Positions 1 to 11,597 of a DNA stretch of 33,630 nucleotides are shown here, piece after piece. The position numbers and the translations under genes are program-made. Under the pieces are notes generated by a model. It was not told where the DNA came from. It did no database searches and saw nothing but the letters and a program-made list of their open reading frames with translations. How positions within the stretch are numbered: the first letter of the stretch is position 1; every line of letters starts with the position of its first letter. The stretch comes from Polymyxa betae A26-41 (lineage: Eukaryota; Protista; Endomyxa: Phytomyxea), in the NCBI GenBank assembly GCA_003693705.1, contig RBZT01000960.1:1-33630 (forward strand). Reading direction: 5' to 3'.

Positions 1-201
1 CGATCTTCCAGAATTGATGCACCAGCATTGCCCACAGATCAAAGCGAAATCAAACCGAACGTCATTCCCCGTGAATTACTCAAGCTCGCTGAGGATCTCT
101 CCAGGAATAATCTCGAAGTTCAATCCGGCAGAAGTCGCACTGGCAAGAAACGTCGGAATGACGGTGACTTGTCAAATGTGTCTGTCGATACTCTTGTATG
201 A
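1..201 (+). CDS. 3' end of an unknown protein-coding gene entering from upstream (RSSRIDAPALPTDQ...SRTGKKRRNDGDLSNVSVDTLV*)
   Basis: Frame 1 is open from base 1 to TGA at 199-201. The composition is protein-like with a basic NLS-like GKKRR. An AT-rich tract with AATAAA at 412-417 follows. No family recognised. Confidence 0.45.
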   Translation, partial: RSSRIDAPALPTDQSEIKPNVIPRELLKLAEDLSRNNLEVQSGRSRTGKKRRNDGDLSNVSVDTLV

Positions 202-450
202 TGTTAAATTCAATCAAAACTTGGTTCCAAGTTTCTTATCGTTTGCCTCTTTTGATTATAGCTACATGTTTCATCCTTTTGATTTGGGTATCACGTAATC
301 TAATATCAAGAGTGTGATGTAGAATCTGTAAGTGTAAGCGCTAAGTAAGATAGATGCTGTCGTCAAATACTCAAAGCTATATAAACGAGATCTGCATTGT
401 ATATCGTAATCAATAAACTCACTTATTATCGTCCTTGAATAACTGTTGAA

Positions 451-900
451 TTAACCGGTTTTGCGTCGTTTCTGTCGCTTAGTGCCAGGTTTAGGTCGGT
501 CTGGATGATCGTCATGAAAATCTTGAATCATTTCTCTTATAGCAGCATGTTGCTTAAGTTCAGATGCAGGTTCCCATGACCGATGTTCAGGCCCATAACC
601 TTCCCAATCAACTAAATACTCGTAGCGGCGATTTCGCAAACGGCAATCAATGATGGCAGCTACCACATATAATCCCTCGCCGGCATCATCGATTAATGCA
701 GGACCTGGTTCGAATGTTTTCGGGGCAGGTCGGCAGGCGATCTTGGGCGATGAAACAAGATGGAGTTCATCTTGATCGGAATCGTTGTCGTCGTAATCTG
801 AACAGAGACCTGGGACAATAGATCGGGGTCGATGAGCGCCGGGTTGATGATTGTTATCAGCTGTATTGTTCTGATCAATAACAGCCAACAGCTGTTCCAT
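451..900 (-). CDS. Stand-alone chromodomain protein of chromovirus (Ty3/Gypsy) integrase type with a basic C-terminal tail
   Basis: YVVAAIIDCRLRNRRYEYLVDWEGYGPEHRSWEP...IQDFHDDHPDRP matches the group I chromodomain at the C-terminus of chromoviral Pol. An in-frame stop lies about 95 nt upstream of the ATG, and no integrase or RT is adjacent. Confidence 0.75.
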   Translation of the reverse strand: MEQLLAVIDQNNTADNNHQPGAHRPRSIVPGLCSDYDDNDSDQDELHLVSSPKIACRPAPKTFEPGPALIDDAGEGLYVVAAIIDCRLRNRRYEYLVDWEGYGPEHRSWEPASELKQHAAIREMIQDFHDDHPDRPKPGTKRQKRRKTG

Positions 901-1475
901 TCCGTGACAATGATAGATGATTGATGAATAGGTTATTGGGCTGGTACGCCGGAACCCAATGAAACCCGGAACTAGGTAGACTATATTTACAAATTATTTA
1001 CCATGAACACAATTTTCCATGTTTTTTCTACAACTATTGACGTAGGCAGCTATTCATTTATCTTGTTTTATTTATCATTCTAAGGCTTGTTCTATTTTAC
1101 TTATAGCCTATGTCTAGTGCGATCCTGATAGGGTCAGTTCAGTAGCCAGTCCTCGTTTCCTTTCATTGATACGTAATCTAATCTATCAAAATACGGTATA
1201 CTTGCCTCAGAGTTCTATCAAAGAGTAAGGCGAGGTTTCTCTCAGCTCAGCTTCAATACATCGAACAACTATATCCAATTATCTAACGGCATGAGCTCAT
1301 ATAAGAGCGGAAAGTGAATCACTTCATATCACAAACCGGAACCCAACTGTGTAGACCTGACTTACCTGATTCATTGTTCTTCACCACTTTGTCGATAGCC
1401 TTCTCAATTTATACGAGTTGAATCTATTATCAGTTTGCGCATTTACCAGCTGATAATTATACAGCATAACCCAAA

Positions 1476-2462
1476 ATGTCGACATTGTCGTCATCACAAT
1501 GTTTGGGGCCAAAAAAATTGATGGCTATCGTTGCAGTATGGTTCTTAGTTCTATCTCTGCCGTTAGTGCTCTATAAGTCACACCCTTATAAGGATGTGCA
1601 GAATGTGCAGATTGTTGTATTTCCGAATGCATCAGGAACTACATACCCTGCTTGGCCACCAACACGTGAAATGTTGAGTTTGATTGCAGATGAACAAGGT
1701 CGTGTCACTGTTGTTGGCGTCAATTTTGGATACATTGATATGTTCTATAACTGGGCCCGAAGTGCTACCAATGTCGGCTTAAACAATATCGTTATTGTGG
1801 CTTTGGATGACAAAACCTATCAAGTTCTGCAGAGTCGTTTCCCTGAGAGGACTCTTCTACCATCGTTCAAAGTAGAAAGCGGCTTTGCTGAATTCGGGTC
1901 TGTGAAGTTCAAGAAATTAACCCATACTCGACCATCCTTTATTCGTGCTATTGTGGATCTTGGATTTCCTGTATTCTATATTGATACTGATACGATCATG
2001 CGACGTAATCCATATCAGGATATCGAACGTGCCTTAATGCAGGAGCCTAATACTACTATGATGGTATCTGAAGATGGAATTCCTGGATATTATTGCTCCT
2101 GTATGTTACATTTCTCATGTGATGAAAGTTCTCGATCTGTATTGAAGGCCTGGGAGACTGAATGTCTTAATACTCCTGATTATGATGATCAACATGCTCT
2201 AAATGTGGTCATCGCTGAATATTCCATTTTAGAAAGGTTCCATCTATTCGTCATACCAGAATCTGCATTTCCTAGCGGCAAACGAACGTTTATCAAAGGG
2301 TACGATTGGCATAGATTCCCTGATGGGCCTACTATTGTACATGCTAATTATATGATTGGACACGACAAGAAAATGAAGGCACTACAGGATCGAGCTGCAT
2401 GGGATCATAAAAGGATTTTACCTGTTCTGTATAATGATATCGAACCAGCGAGATTTTATTGA
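1476..2462 (+). CDS. Nucleotide-diphospho-sugar transferase (Nucleotid_trans / CAZy GT77-like), type II membrane protein, intronless
   Basis: N-terminal TM anchor; N.GY.DM.YNW, VALD, DxD motif (YIDTD), DDQ.ALN, F.SG and VHANY...K motifs typical of this family. Confidence 0.85.
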   Translation: MSTLSSSQCLGPKKLMAIVAVWFLVLSLPLVLYKSHPYKDVQNVQIVVFPNASGTTYPAWPPTREMLSLIADEQGRVTVVGVNFGYIDMFYNWARSATNVGLNNIVIVALDDKTYQVLQSRFPERTLLPSFKVESGFAEFGSVKFKKLTHTRPSFIRAIVDLGFPVFYIDTDTIMRRNPYQDIERALMQEPNTTMMVSEDGIPGYYCSCMLHFSCDESSRSVLKAWETECLNTPDYDDQHALNVVIAEYSILERFHLFVIPESAFPSGKRTFIKGYDWHRFPDGPTIVHANYMIGHDKKMKALQDRAAWDHKRILPVLYNDIEPARFY

Positions 2463-2502
2463 CCCATCATTCTATTGATGTTATATTACTTTAATAAATT
2501 TA

Positions 2503-3394
2503 TCAAACATTGGACGTCTCCTTCTTCTTGCAGGAAGCGATGAGTTTACGATATCGTAAACCTTCGTAATGAGTTTTATCGAACCTCTTTTTCAGATCCT
2601 GAATAGCACTAAGCACATTCAAATGGCATTGCGCTAATCTCGCGATCTCGTTTCTTTCGTCAGTTACAAATTGCTCCAAATTATCTGTGAATGTTGATTG
2701 CATAGTGGTAGATTTGAGGCATGCTTACAGGCAAATGCAGGGTCTAACGACAAATCTACTGGAATAGTACGCTGAGCTAATCGGGCCAGTGTATTCTCAG
2801 ATGGGTCCACAAAAACGAATTCGTCGTAAAACTCGGTTAATACTGGCTTCTTAACAGATAGTTGACCTGAGAAGAAGTTAGTAACGAACCATATTGATCG
2901 CCGAAATTACCAGATGGATGAAAAAGATTTATCGGGTGACTAAACTCGACAGGATGCTCATTACGATCATGAAAAAAAACCTTGATGTTGCACACAAACT
3001 CTCCCCACTGAACCAAATTGAATTTACAAAAAGCGTTTGATTAGAAAACCTACGCCATGTTCAGTCACTTCAAAGGGAGGTTTTTGAACAACTAACACAA
3101 ATTGAACTTCGAGCAAGCTACTGCTCATGGAGACCCACCTCTAACAGGGCAAGCAAAGCTTTCATGAAGATGAAAAACCACCTTCCTAATGATTGTAGAC
3201 AGATCATCGTCTTTCGTTAAAGATCTAACATAGACAGTCCATTTATGAGAATGAGATGAGTCAGCATCTGAACCCATCCACCATGCCATACTTCCATGAA
3301 CAAAAGGACGCCATACTGTTTTGCCCTTAATACGACGATTACTTGGACCAGAAAGAGACCCAGAGCCTAGATCAGATCCAGATCCAGCCGCCAT
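2503..3394 (-). CDS. YAF9: YEATS-domain protein Yaf9/GAS41 (NuA4/SWR1 subunit), 5 exons
   Basis: Spliced through four short GT-AG introns: HSHKWTVYVR...KVVFHLHESF.CPVR | VVQKPPFEVTEHG | WGEF...FFHD | KPVLTEFYDEFVFVDP, then a C-terminal coiled coil. Confidence 0.9.
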
Positions 3395-3709
3395 TCATAT
3401 GCTCACTACGCAATCGTAGCCCGCCCTGCACTCATAACAGTCTAACCAAAATCCGAGTAAAATATTGAATCTTAATATTGCTTCTGTGGCGCAGTTATTT
3501 ATCCATTATTGCAATTGTTAACCTGCGTTTGTGTCGCATCCAACTCATGACTGGTAGGTATTCTTGCTCTCTGCTGTTCTGCTTTTTCGTTGCTTTGTTT
3601 AGCAATACAAACTGGGCGTGAAATTCGAGTCAAATACTGTAAATTGTAAAACAAATACACTACCGGTACAGCATAGTACAATCCATTCTGTATTATGAAA
3701 ACACAATGA

Positions 3710-4361
3710 TCAGTTCGCGATCAATGCCACGGCCGCAATGATGATAGCGAAGGTCAATCCTATGGATGTTTGGGATGAGCTTAGTGACGAGCTGGTTGCC
3801 GATTGATCCTGTATTGCAGATACCGGCGCTGGTGTTGGATTGGATGCTTCCTGAACTTGATTTTGTGTAGTAACTGGTGCTGATGTCCTGGGTAGGCCAT
3901 ATGGGTTTGTACCGTTGAACTCTCCATGGAAATTGGTTATTGCACAGGCTCCTCGAGTATCGACGTCTTGGGAACAGATAAATGGACCTGGGTTGTTAGC
4001 GAATTGACAATCAGCATCGGTGGTGCATAATGTGGTTGGGTTCCTAACTCACTTATTAAATTTGAATATTAGATTTGAGTAATAACCTACCAGTAGAAAT
4101 TCCCAAGATCTTGCTGACCACATACAGATTGTCGTGTACTGGTTTCGCTGCAATATCCCCACTTCAACATTATTTAGTGCTTTCAACCAGTATATCTGCA
4201 TTCCCTACTTTAGAGCAACATTGAGTTTCTTCATTCATTTCTGGGCATGATTTCCAGTTGAAGAAGGGACCACATCGGAATCCATGAACATCATCTTGGC
4301 TATTAGTTATGACAAACAGGTTCACGATCACTAACGCCCACATAAGCTTCTTACCAATCAT
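3710..4361 (-). CDS. Secreted, probably GPI-anchored Cys-rich protein with a hevein/CBM18-like chitin-binding module (3 exons; alternative ATG at 4388)
   Basis: Exons 4361-4209, 4161-4091 and 4043-3710 with two 47-nt GT-AG introns. They give a signal peptide, CGP..NWKSC......CCSKWGYC, a second Cys cluster, an S/T/P-rich stalk and a hydrophobic C-terminus (SSSQTSIGLTFAIIIAAVALIAN*). Confidence 0.8.
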
Positions 4362-4547
4362 GGTATTTTGATTATGATTGTCAATCATGGTTCAATTCGC
4401 ATCTCATCATTACTTCAGACGTGTGCCTTAAAATTCAACGATATCTCTCAGATGGCACACGTTGCCACTCACAAATCATGATCAAGTCGAACGAAAAGAT
4501 TTTCTAGGCGCGTTCTCTAGGAATTGGTTCTGAGAAGGATATAATAA

Positions 4548-6764
4548 TCATATGGTATTATCGCATTGAAATGAGTGGTGATCGTACTTAGATTCTTCGA
4601 TTATCAGTAGTGGTTCAATCCAATAAATATTCAGGTTCAACTTGGGTTGATCATTGGCACAATAATCAATAGCGATATATTCCTCAGCAATAGCACCCAA
4701 CTAATATTCATACAGCACACGATCTCGACGTCATCACAATAGTAACTATGAAGAGCAAGAATTGATATGTGATTGGATCCCAATCTCAATGAGAAGTTTG
4801 CACTTGTTGATAGACTGCTGCGAACTTTATCTTGAAATTTAGAACAAGAGCGTTGTCATCGACAATACAATTCCCCACTTTCACTGGCAAGGTTTTTCAT
4901 GACTTTGGAAGTGATTTAACATGCTTAATAGGAAGAAAGTCGAATTCTGTCTTTTTAAGCGGCCGCATTCGCTTATTTCAATACACCTAAGAAGATGTGA
5001 TTGGCAATCAAATAGAGAATCTCAAAGGCTGTCCTATAACCGGATACGTTATTTCTGCAAATCGGTTTGGAGCAATACAATCTGAGGAATCAAATGCCGA
5101 CCCCGTTGCGATCTTTGATTATAGAAAAGCACATTATGGCTAATTTGAGAAACATTGCGATTGGCCAAATATCGATATTGATTGTACATTTCATCAAGGA
5201 CGACGTTATGATTCCACTTTTCATGACCGAATAGAAAGGTCTTATTAACGTCGTCGATGTCATGATACCATCCATAATCTTGATTGGACTCAAGCATGGA
5301 TACGAATGGGATTTTTGCTGATATTGCTGAATGATCTGAATAACAACCTCGATTCTATCACGAGGTCGTCCTCTAAGAATGACAGGATACGTGAATGTAG
5401 AACCGTCTTGCCACATTATCAGATGGATTTGACGATGATATGTGATGGATACAAATATTATGATATAATACTAATTAACCCAACTAGAATCAAGATCAGG
5501 TTTAGTGAAAGACTCCTAACAATGGCCTATTGCAGTGAACTTTTTTTAATGTTCATGTCTAGAGTATGTAAAGTACTGAGATTTAAATGCACAAGGGGAA
5601 TGACATTCAGATCGAGATGCAAGAACGATTACGTAATCAGGGATCTTCCCAGACTCAGCACATTGGTACCACTTTCTTGATGGATTTTCTATGTAATTCT
5701 CCTACAACTACCTGTTTCCCAGTTTATTAATCACAAGCGTGAAATTTCAGAGAGATTCGCTTCATTCTAATTGAATTTTTTGCATTTCTGTATAATTCAA
5801 TCTGTGAGTCAGGCCTCTATAACCTTGCTGAAGTCTTTTTTCAATATACAAATTGCATTAATGCGAATTCATCTACAATGGAACCAGTTTCCAACACTGT
5901 CACAGCACATCGTTTAGATATTATGACTGCATTCCAGCAACGAGTTTCATTAAACCAGATAGATTCGATGTAACACGTTTGGATTTGGCCTGGATGTTAA
6001 TAATGTGATCTCAGAAAAGCGAGCTATCTGGAAAATCAGTGAAGGCATGAAAGTCGATACTCAAACTGAGTTACATCCAAGTCAGAGACATCTTCTGTTC
6101 ATTGTCTATAATCCTCAGACAATTTGCGACGAAAATCAAGGACGGGAACAGCATCGTCCTCCATAACCAGAACGTCTTCGTCTGCGTATTTTCCAAAAGC
6201 CAACCCTTCGAAAGTCTCAAACTGATTCATTGTGCTCAGGAAGTTGCCTTTGTTTGTTAATTATGACCGAAATAGAGGCAGATGGATAACCGCACGACCT
6301 CTTTGAATTGCAGATGACAAAGCCGCTCTCGATCGATGTAAGCAGTAAAAATATGTCGCTGTGATACTTCATCATATCTATTCAGATCAAAGCCCAACTG
6401 ATAGAATAATGCCCGACTACATTCTAAGCGATTACCATAGGCTAGAATCGTATAAGGAATCTTCTGGGTGCCATTATCTGGAAAATTTCAATTCGGATCC
6501 TGAATTTCATCTAGCGATAGTGCATCCCAAGCTTCAAAATGCAGCCAATTTGTAGCGTTATGGAGTCGATAAATGTCTCTTAAAGCAGAAATTGGACTAG
6601 ATAATGGTACAGAACACATCTGCAGATACTGATTAATGATCTCAGAACTGATATGAGGTCAAATAAGAACCTAAAAATATTAAATGAACCCGCTTCCATT
6701 GAAATCAAATAAGCTAATGGTGATATCATATCAGATTTAATAATAAAAACAATACAATGAACAT
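4548..6764 (-). pseudogene. Decayed multi-domain glycosyltransferase gene (two GT25-like segments flanking a GT61-like segment)
   Basis: Manual minus-strand translation gives long protein-like frames broken by stops and frameshifts: [18 protein letters not shown] (~6121-6173), TRCWNAVIISKRCA (~5903-5945), WNHNVVLDEMYNQY...VLFYNQRSQRGRH (~5098-5218), IVDDNALVLNFKIKF (~4822-4866), IDYCAN...LNIYWIEPLLIIEESK (~4587-4670). Boundaries are approximate. Confidence 0.6.
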
Positions 6765-7267
6765 AGATGGAGATCAGGACTATAACTCCCTAAGCTGTAA
6801 TTGGGAATATAACCCATATCGAGCTATTGGAATTGGTATTGGTCTTACCAACCATCAATTAAAAACACTGAACTCAATAATATTAACTTTTGACAGTAAT
6901 ATACTACCAGGACATATTTATTACGTAACTGTAATAATACCATCTCCTATCTACTTTCGAGTAGTATTGGGATCAATCTCGTCATTAACATCTGTCTTCA
7001 CTAATCTGGATTTAGATTACTGGAAGATAGCATGTAGCATGGTCGTACGTTAACAATATTGATGAACAATGCAGGATCCACCGCCATTAGACATTGGACA
7101 ATGAAAGCTCAGTACTGGTAGTTGAGATTCTGTCACAGAGTCTCATGGCAGAGTTGCAATTTCATGCTACTAATGTCAAGTACTTTTGCTGTCTTGGACA
7201 CGGGGGTGTTGCATTCTTAAGCAGCACATTTAGCTCAAATTTTCATCTTAACTGTTCTTGCTGAGGG

Positions 7268-10200
7268 ATGCGATTGCAGATGATGCAGGCCTTAATCCTT
7301 CTGCTCGTAATACATCTAATTGGAGCTCAAGATCCATTCACATACGTTGTACCTGGGTCATGTTCATCGCCATCTACGTCGTATGATCCATCATCTTTAA
7401 CATGTGTATCATGCCCATCCAATGCTGTTGCGAATCAGAACCAAACCGCCTGTGTTTGCGCTGCTGGGTATTATCAAACTTCTGCTCCTAATGTCAAACC
7501 TATTACATGTTCTGATTGCGTGTCACAAGGAATGGTATTGATTTTGATATGATAATATATCGCTGGCTTGACTACTATTAGGTCGCAAGTCAAGATCGAA
7601 GTCGCTGTCTGTCGTGTGATGGCTCAACACAAGCTGTATTAGATCAAACACGGCGAGAATGCACCTGTCCATCACATCTATATGCTTTGTGTTGGGTTCT
7701 ATTTGTATGTCTGCCAGATATCATCTTATAATGCTTTTCCAGCTGACAGCACGTCGACGGGACGTCCCCTATCATCGAAGCAGTGTACATTATGTCCATC
7801 AAACTCATATTCAACGACATCATCGCCACATGAATGTATATCGTGCCCAGACCCAAATATGAGTTTAGATGTATCAACATTAACATGTAGATGTACAACT
7901 GGATATACACAGGTATCCATTTATTTTTACTGCTTTACACAGATATACTCAATTTTCTTGCTGCAGTACCAGCAGACTTGCATTTTAAATTCTTGGCAAT
8001 CTGAAATCTCAGCAAGATGGCCTGTCAGTTTAGCGGGTGTTCGCCAGTTTCGTGACGTCGTTAGCTCTGATGGTGAGCCTGTATCGCCTACTGTAAAACA
8101 GACGTCAGCTATTATTTCAAATCTATTCATGCCCGCTGCTTCTGGTTGTAAGGTACATTCTATAATATTTTAAATCATTGTATTCAATACTATTTAGTAT
8201 TCAGCCGATATTACCTCTTGCCAATCTTTGTTAAACCTGTGTGTACTTCAATTATATGATCCTGGCTCACCACCATGTGATCTATTCGCATCCATTGCGG
8301 CTGGCGTTCAGTTGACAGTACATGAGTTTCGAGACTGGAAATATCATATGCCTCTCGGAATGCTTTCAGATTCCAGGTATCCGTATCTTTCATGTCTTTT
8401 TGCCTTATTCTGAATCTCAATTCAGTATTCTGACGAATACCGATCTAATGTCAAGCGTTGCATTAGCTGGGTCTGGATCTGAACTGCAATACGTGATTGT
8501 ATCATATTATGTAAATGGCACAATTGCATCGGTTAAGACTTTAACAAATGAGTTGCAACTTTGTCCACAATCACCCGATCATGCTACTGATTTCATGTTA
8601 TTTGGAAGTCGATATGACAACGCGTGCTGGATATCATTAACATCGTTATTGACCATCACCCATCCTCTATTTCACGATCTTTACTACGTTGACAGTGGTT
8701 TTGATACTGACCTGTTTCCTGACTTTTCACTTATTTGTTTGATTTCAGGAAAGCTATTCCCCGTTCCAATCAAGATTCTAAATTATCGCGAGAATAATCA
8801 ACTTGTAAATGTGGACCCATCGACAAACGCCGAAATCGTGACTTCTACTATCAAACTACATCACCGATTCATAACGGTCGATACTCTTAGCGGTAGAATT
8901 TCACAACAGTCAGATGTGCCCAATATCTTCTCATATCTCAAAACTGCCGAGCTTCGGTAAGACGGTAATGATGCAACAAGATTGTCGTTGAAATGTGGTT
9001 GCAGAGTTTCGATGCAGTATGGATCGTCTTCGAAGATCTATCCTCCACTGCTCGTTTTAACATATTCGGAAAGAGAAACATCAACCTTAGGTTAGATTAA
9101 GCTTGCTTAAAAGTCGTAATTGAAATTTTTCTTTGCAGCTGGTACAAGTGCATTGTCATGGGTTTTATTTCGAAGCCAATACTCGAAAGATTTATCCGGT
9201 GTTTGGACTGGTGGCAATGCAATCTTTGTTTGTGCCATGCTGTTTATTGGTGCAGTATTATTATTGCAAATGTGGAAGCTGTATATCAATACAGATCTCA
9301 GCACCGACTCTGCCAAGGTTTGATGAATTATAATTCTAAATTTATACTGAATCAATGTACAGTTTGTCATTGCTTTTATGATTGAAGCTGTTTGCATAGC
9401 ATCCAACGTCATATTCTGGATGGTGCTATTGCTCACCTGCTATTTCCTAGTGTTTTTTAAGTTCCAGCAAATTGCATTTATTCTTCTGCCTCTTGTGAAC
9501 GGACCAGAAGAGCAAGCATTCACTGCATCAGTTATATTTGTATTTTTCGGAAAGGTTCCTTGACGCCTTGTTTGCTTGTCACTTCACCGTACTTACGAAT
9601 TCAAAAGGTCGTTGTAATCATCCGACAATTGTGGCGTCAAATCAATGTCGACTTATTCTTCATTGATTGGGAGAAACCGAAACAATCATCGGGTGAAACG
9701 TGTAGCAATGTATCTGTTTGGAGAAAGCTTTTTGTTGCTAATGAATGGAATGAATTAGCAACAATTCGTACAGTTAATATTGAGCTTATACTGCTGGCGT
9801 TGTTGTTCATGCTTCGTGGTATCAATCTGGAGTATTTATCAACTTCACAACCATCGCTGTCTCTAACACCAGGACTAGCTCCTATCAATATTATACTGAG
9901 ATTCGCAGTGACCACTACCCTATTCTTATCTTTCGCCACTGCTCAAGTCGTATATCGAAAGCTAATTCATCACCGGTTTTTCACACATGATATCGTCCAG
10001 TTTGTGGACTTTATGACTATTTCAAACATCAGGTATGCATAAGACTTATCTCACTTTTCATGTGTAACATGGTGATCCAGTGCATTCGTTCTGGATAGTG
10101 ATATTCATGGATACTACATTCATGGTCGTACTCTTCATGCATTTGCAGATGCAACAATGGAAGAAATTACTCGACAACTTCGAATGGAACGAGTAGGTCT

Positions 10201-10865
10201 ATAAAAGCCGATGTTTCACTATGTAATACTAATACGCATTAGAAAGAGATGGTGAAAAACCGAGGTCTAGTAAACGGCAAGGATACATTCGAGATCTTTG
10301 TGACACCTGACTTCCGATTACATTATGGATCGATCTTTCGTGAGATTGCTCATCATCGTTGTGACCATCATTCATCTGTACGTTTGGGATCACAAAAGCA
10401 AGTATCCAGTGATATATCAACTGAGTCGTCACTGTTGGCCCAAGCTGATGCCAAATTGAATCGATTTTTACGTAATTTCATCGATCAAAATTCGACATCA
10501 TATGTCTGGGCTGAATCTCAGCGAACATTCTTGGAGCGGGTTTTTAATATTCCGCCCTCCATTAAGGAATCAAAATCGACATTGTTCTTAGATGGTCTCT
10601 ATTTCATTATATCTGCATACTTTTCTGATTTTTCTGTCTAGATCCTGATTATGGCTTTATGAATCTCTATCTGATGGGCATAGAATATGATATTGTCACA
10701 TTTTCAATCTCCCTTTATGCTGTATGTGATCTGGCATTTGACAACACCTTCGTTTCCATATTTGTCGTATATGTGGTCAACCGAGCTATTGGATTTGTTC
10801 GCCATCATTGGGGACAAATTAACATATCGAAAAAGACCCTTGTCGATAAAAGGTTTCTGCTGTAA
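7268..10865 (+). CDS. TMEM67: Meckelin (TMEM67/MKS3), ciliary transition-zone membrane protein, multi-exon
   Basis: Signal peptide, Cys-rich repeats, CQSLLNLCVLQLYD, DLFFIDWEKP, VSVWRKLFVANEWNEL, QFVDF..ISNIS, HGYYIHGR..H.FAD, and C-terminal GQINISKKTLVDKRFLL*. All introns traced are GT-AG. Confidence 0.95.
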
Positions 10866-11597
10866 TCTTCCTTGCTAATAGTAAGCCTTGCCATTTCGGG
10901 CCATTTGATCCATTTATGATTTTATGCATGGAATAGATAAGCGAATCATTTTTGTTGGTAACTAGTTATTGGGTGAGATAATATTTTGATCTTACGATTA
11001 GATAAAGAGATCACGATATGGGTGTCTGCGGTTCCATACTCAGATAATTGTAACCGTTGGATTTCCTACTGCCTGATTGCCTGCTAATACATTATAATCA
11101 ATGACACATAGACTGGCTATCTGGCCGAAAAGTATATGTAAGATAGCGCTCAGACATGTTTTAGGTCGATGACTACTTTACATCCGAGATTTGCACTGAC
11201 CAGCAATAAGTTGATTTGCTTTTCGGTCAGCTACAAAATAAAGTTCGCTGAAACTAAACTGACAGTAGTGCAATATCCAGCAACATAGATATGTCTGATG
11301 CCTCAGCATGCATTGACAGCAGATTTGATTGTCGATCTCTTGCAGACGTTCAGATATTAGACATAACCTAGATGAAGAATCCACTAAGTCTGACATAGCA
11401 GAGATAATTATGAGAAGATCTCCCATTGGTTAAGCAAGTTTTATGTGAACCACATTAAAGATCAGCTCGAGTTGCCTACAGTATAACCTCCGGATCAAGA
11501 AACAGTTGATCAAAATGTGAGAAGTGAGTCTGTCCGTGGTTCGTTCATACTAGTTTGAGAGTATCGCATTAATTTGTGTTATCACAAAGATAACATC

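Noticed and set aside
14-298. 94-aa + ORF in the track
   Set aside because: No recognisable features; frame 1 (1-201) looks more protein-like.
313-445. LTR-like stretch (TG start, TATATAAA 378-385, AATAAA 412-417) beside the chromodomain ORF
   Set aside because: Wrong orientation for the chromodomain ORF, no CA end, no TSD and no second copy; adequately explained as 3' UTR.
3499-3681. 60-aa minus ORF
   Set aside because: Non-ATG start, lies in the UTR/promoter gap, no motifs.
5049-7053. Possible endogenous viral element or alternative genetic code
   Set aside because: No polymerase or capsid motifs; fragments fit glycosyltransferases. All three stop types and frameshifts occur, and neighbours use the standard code.
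6757-7053. 98-aa + ORF
   Set aside because: No motif, AT-rich, adjacent to decayed sequence; cannot support it as a gene.
10880-11426. Possible small minus-strand gene between TMEM67 and UBA1
   Set aside because: Could not build a consistent spliced ORF or recognise a family.
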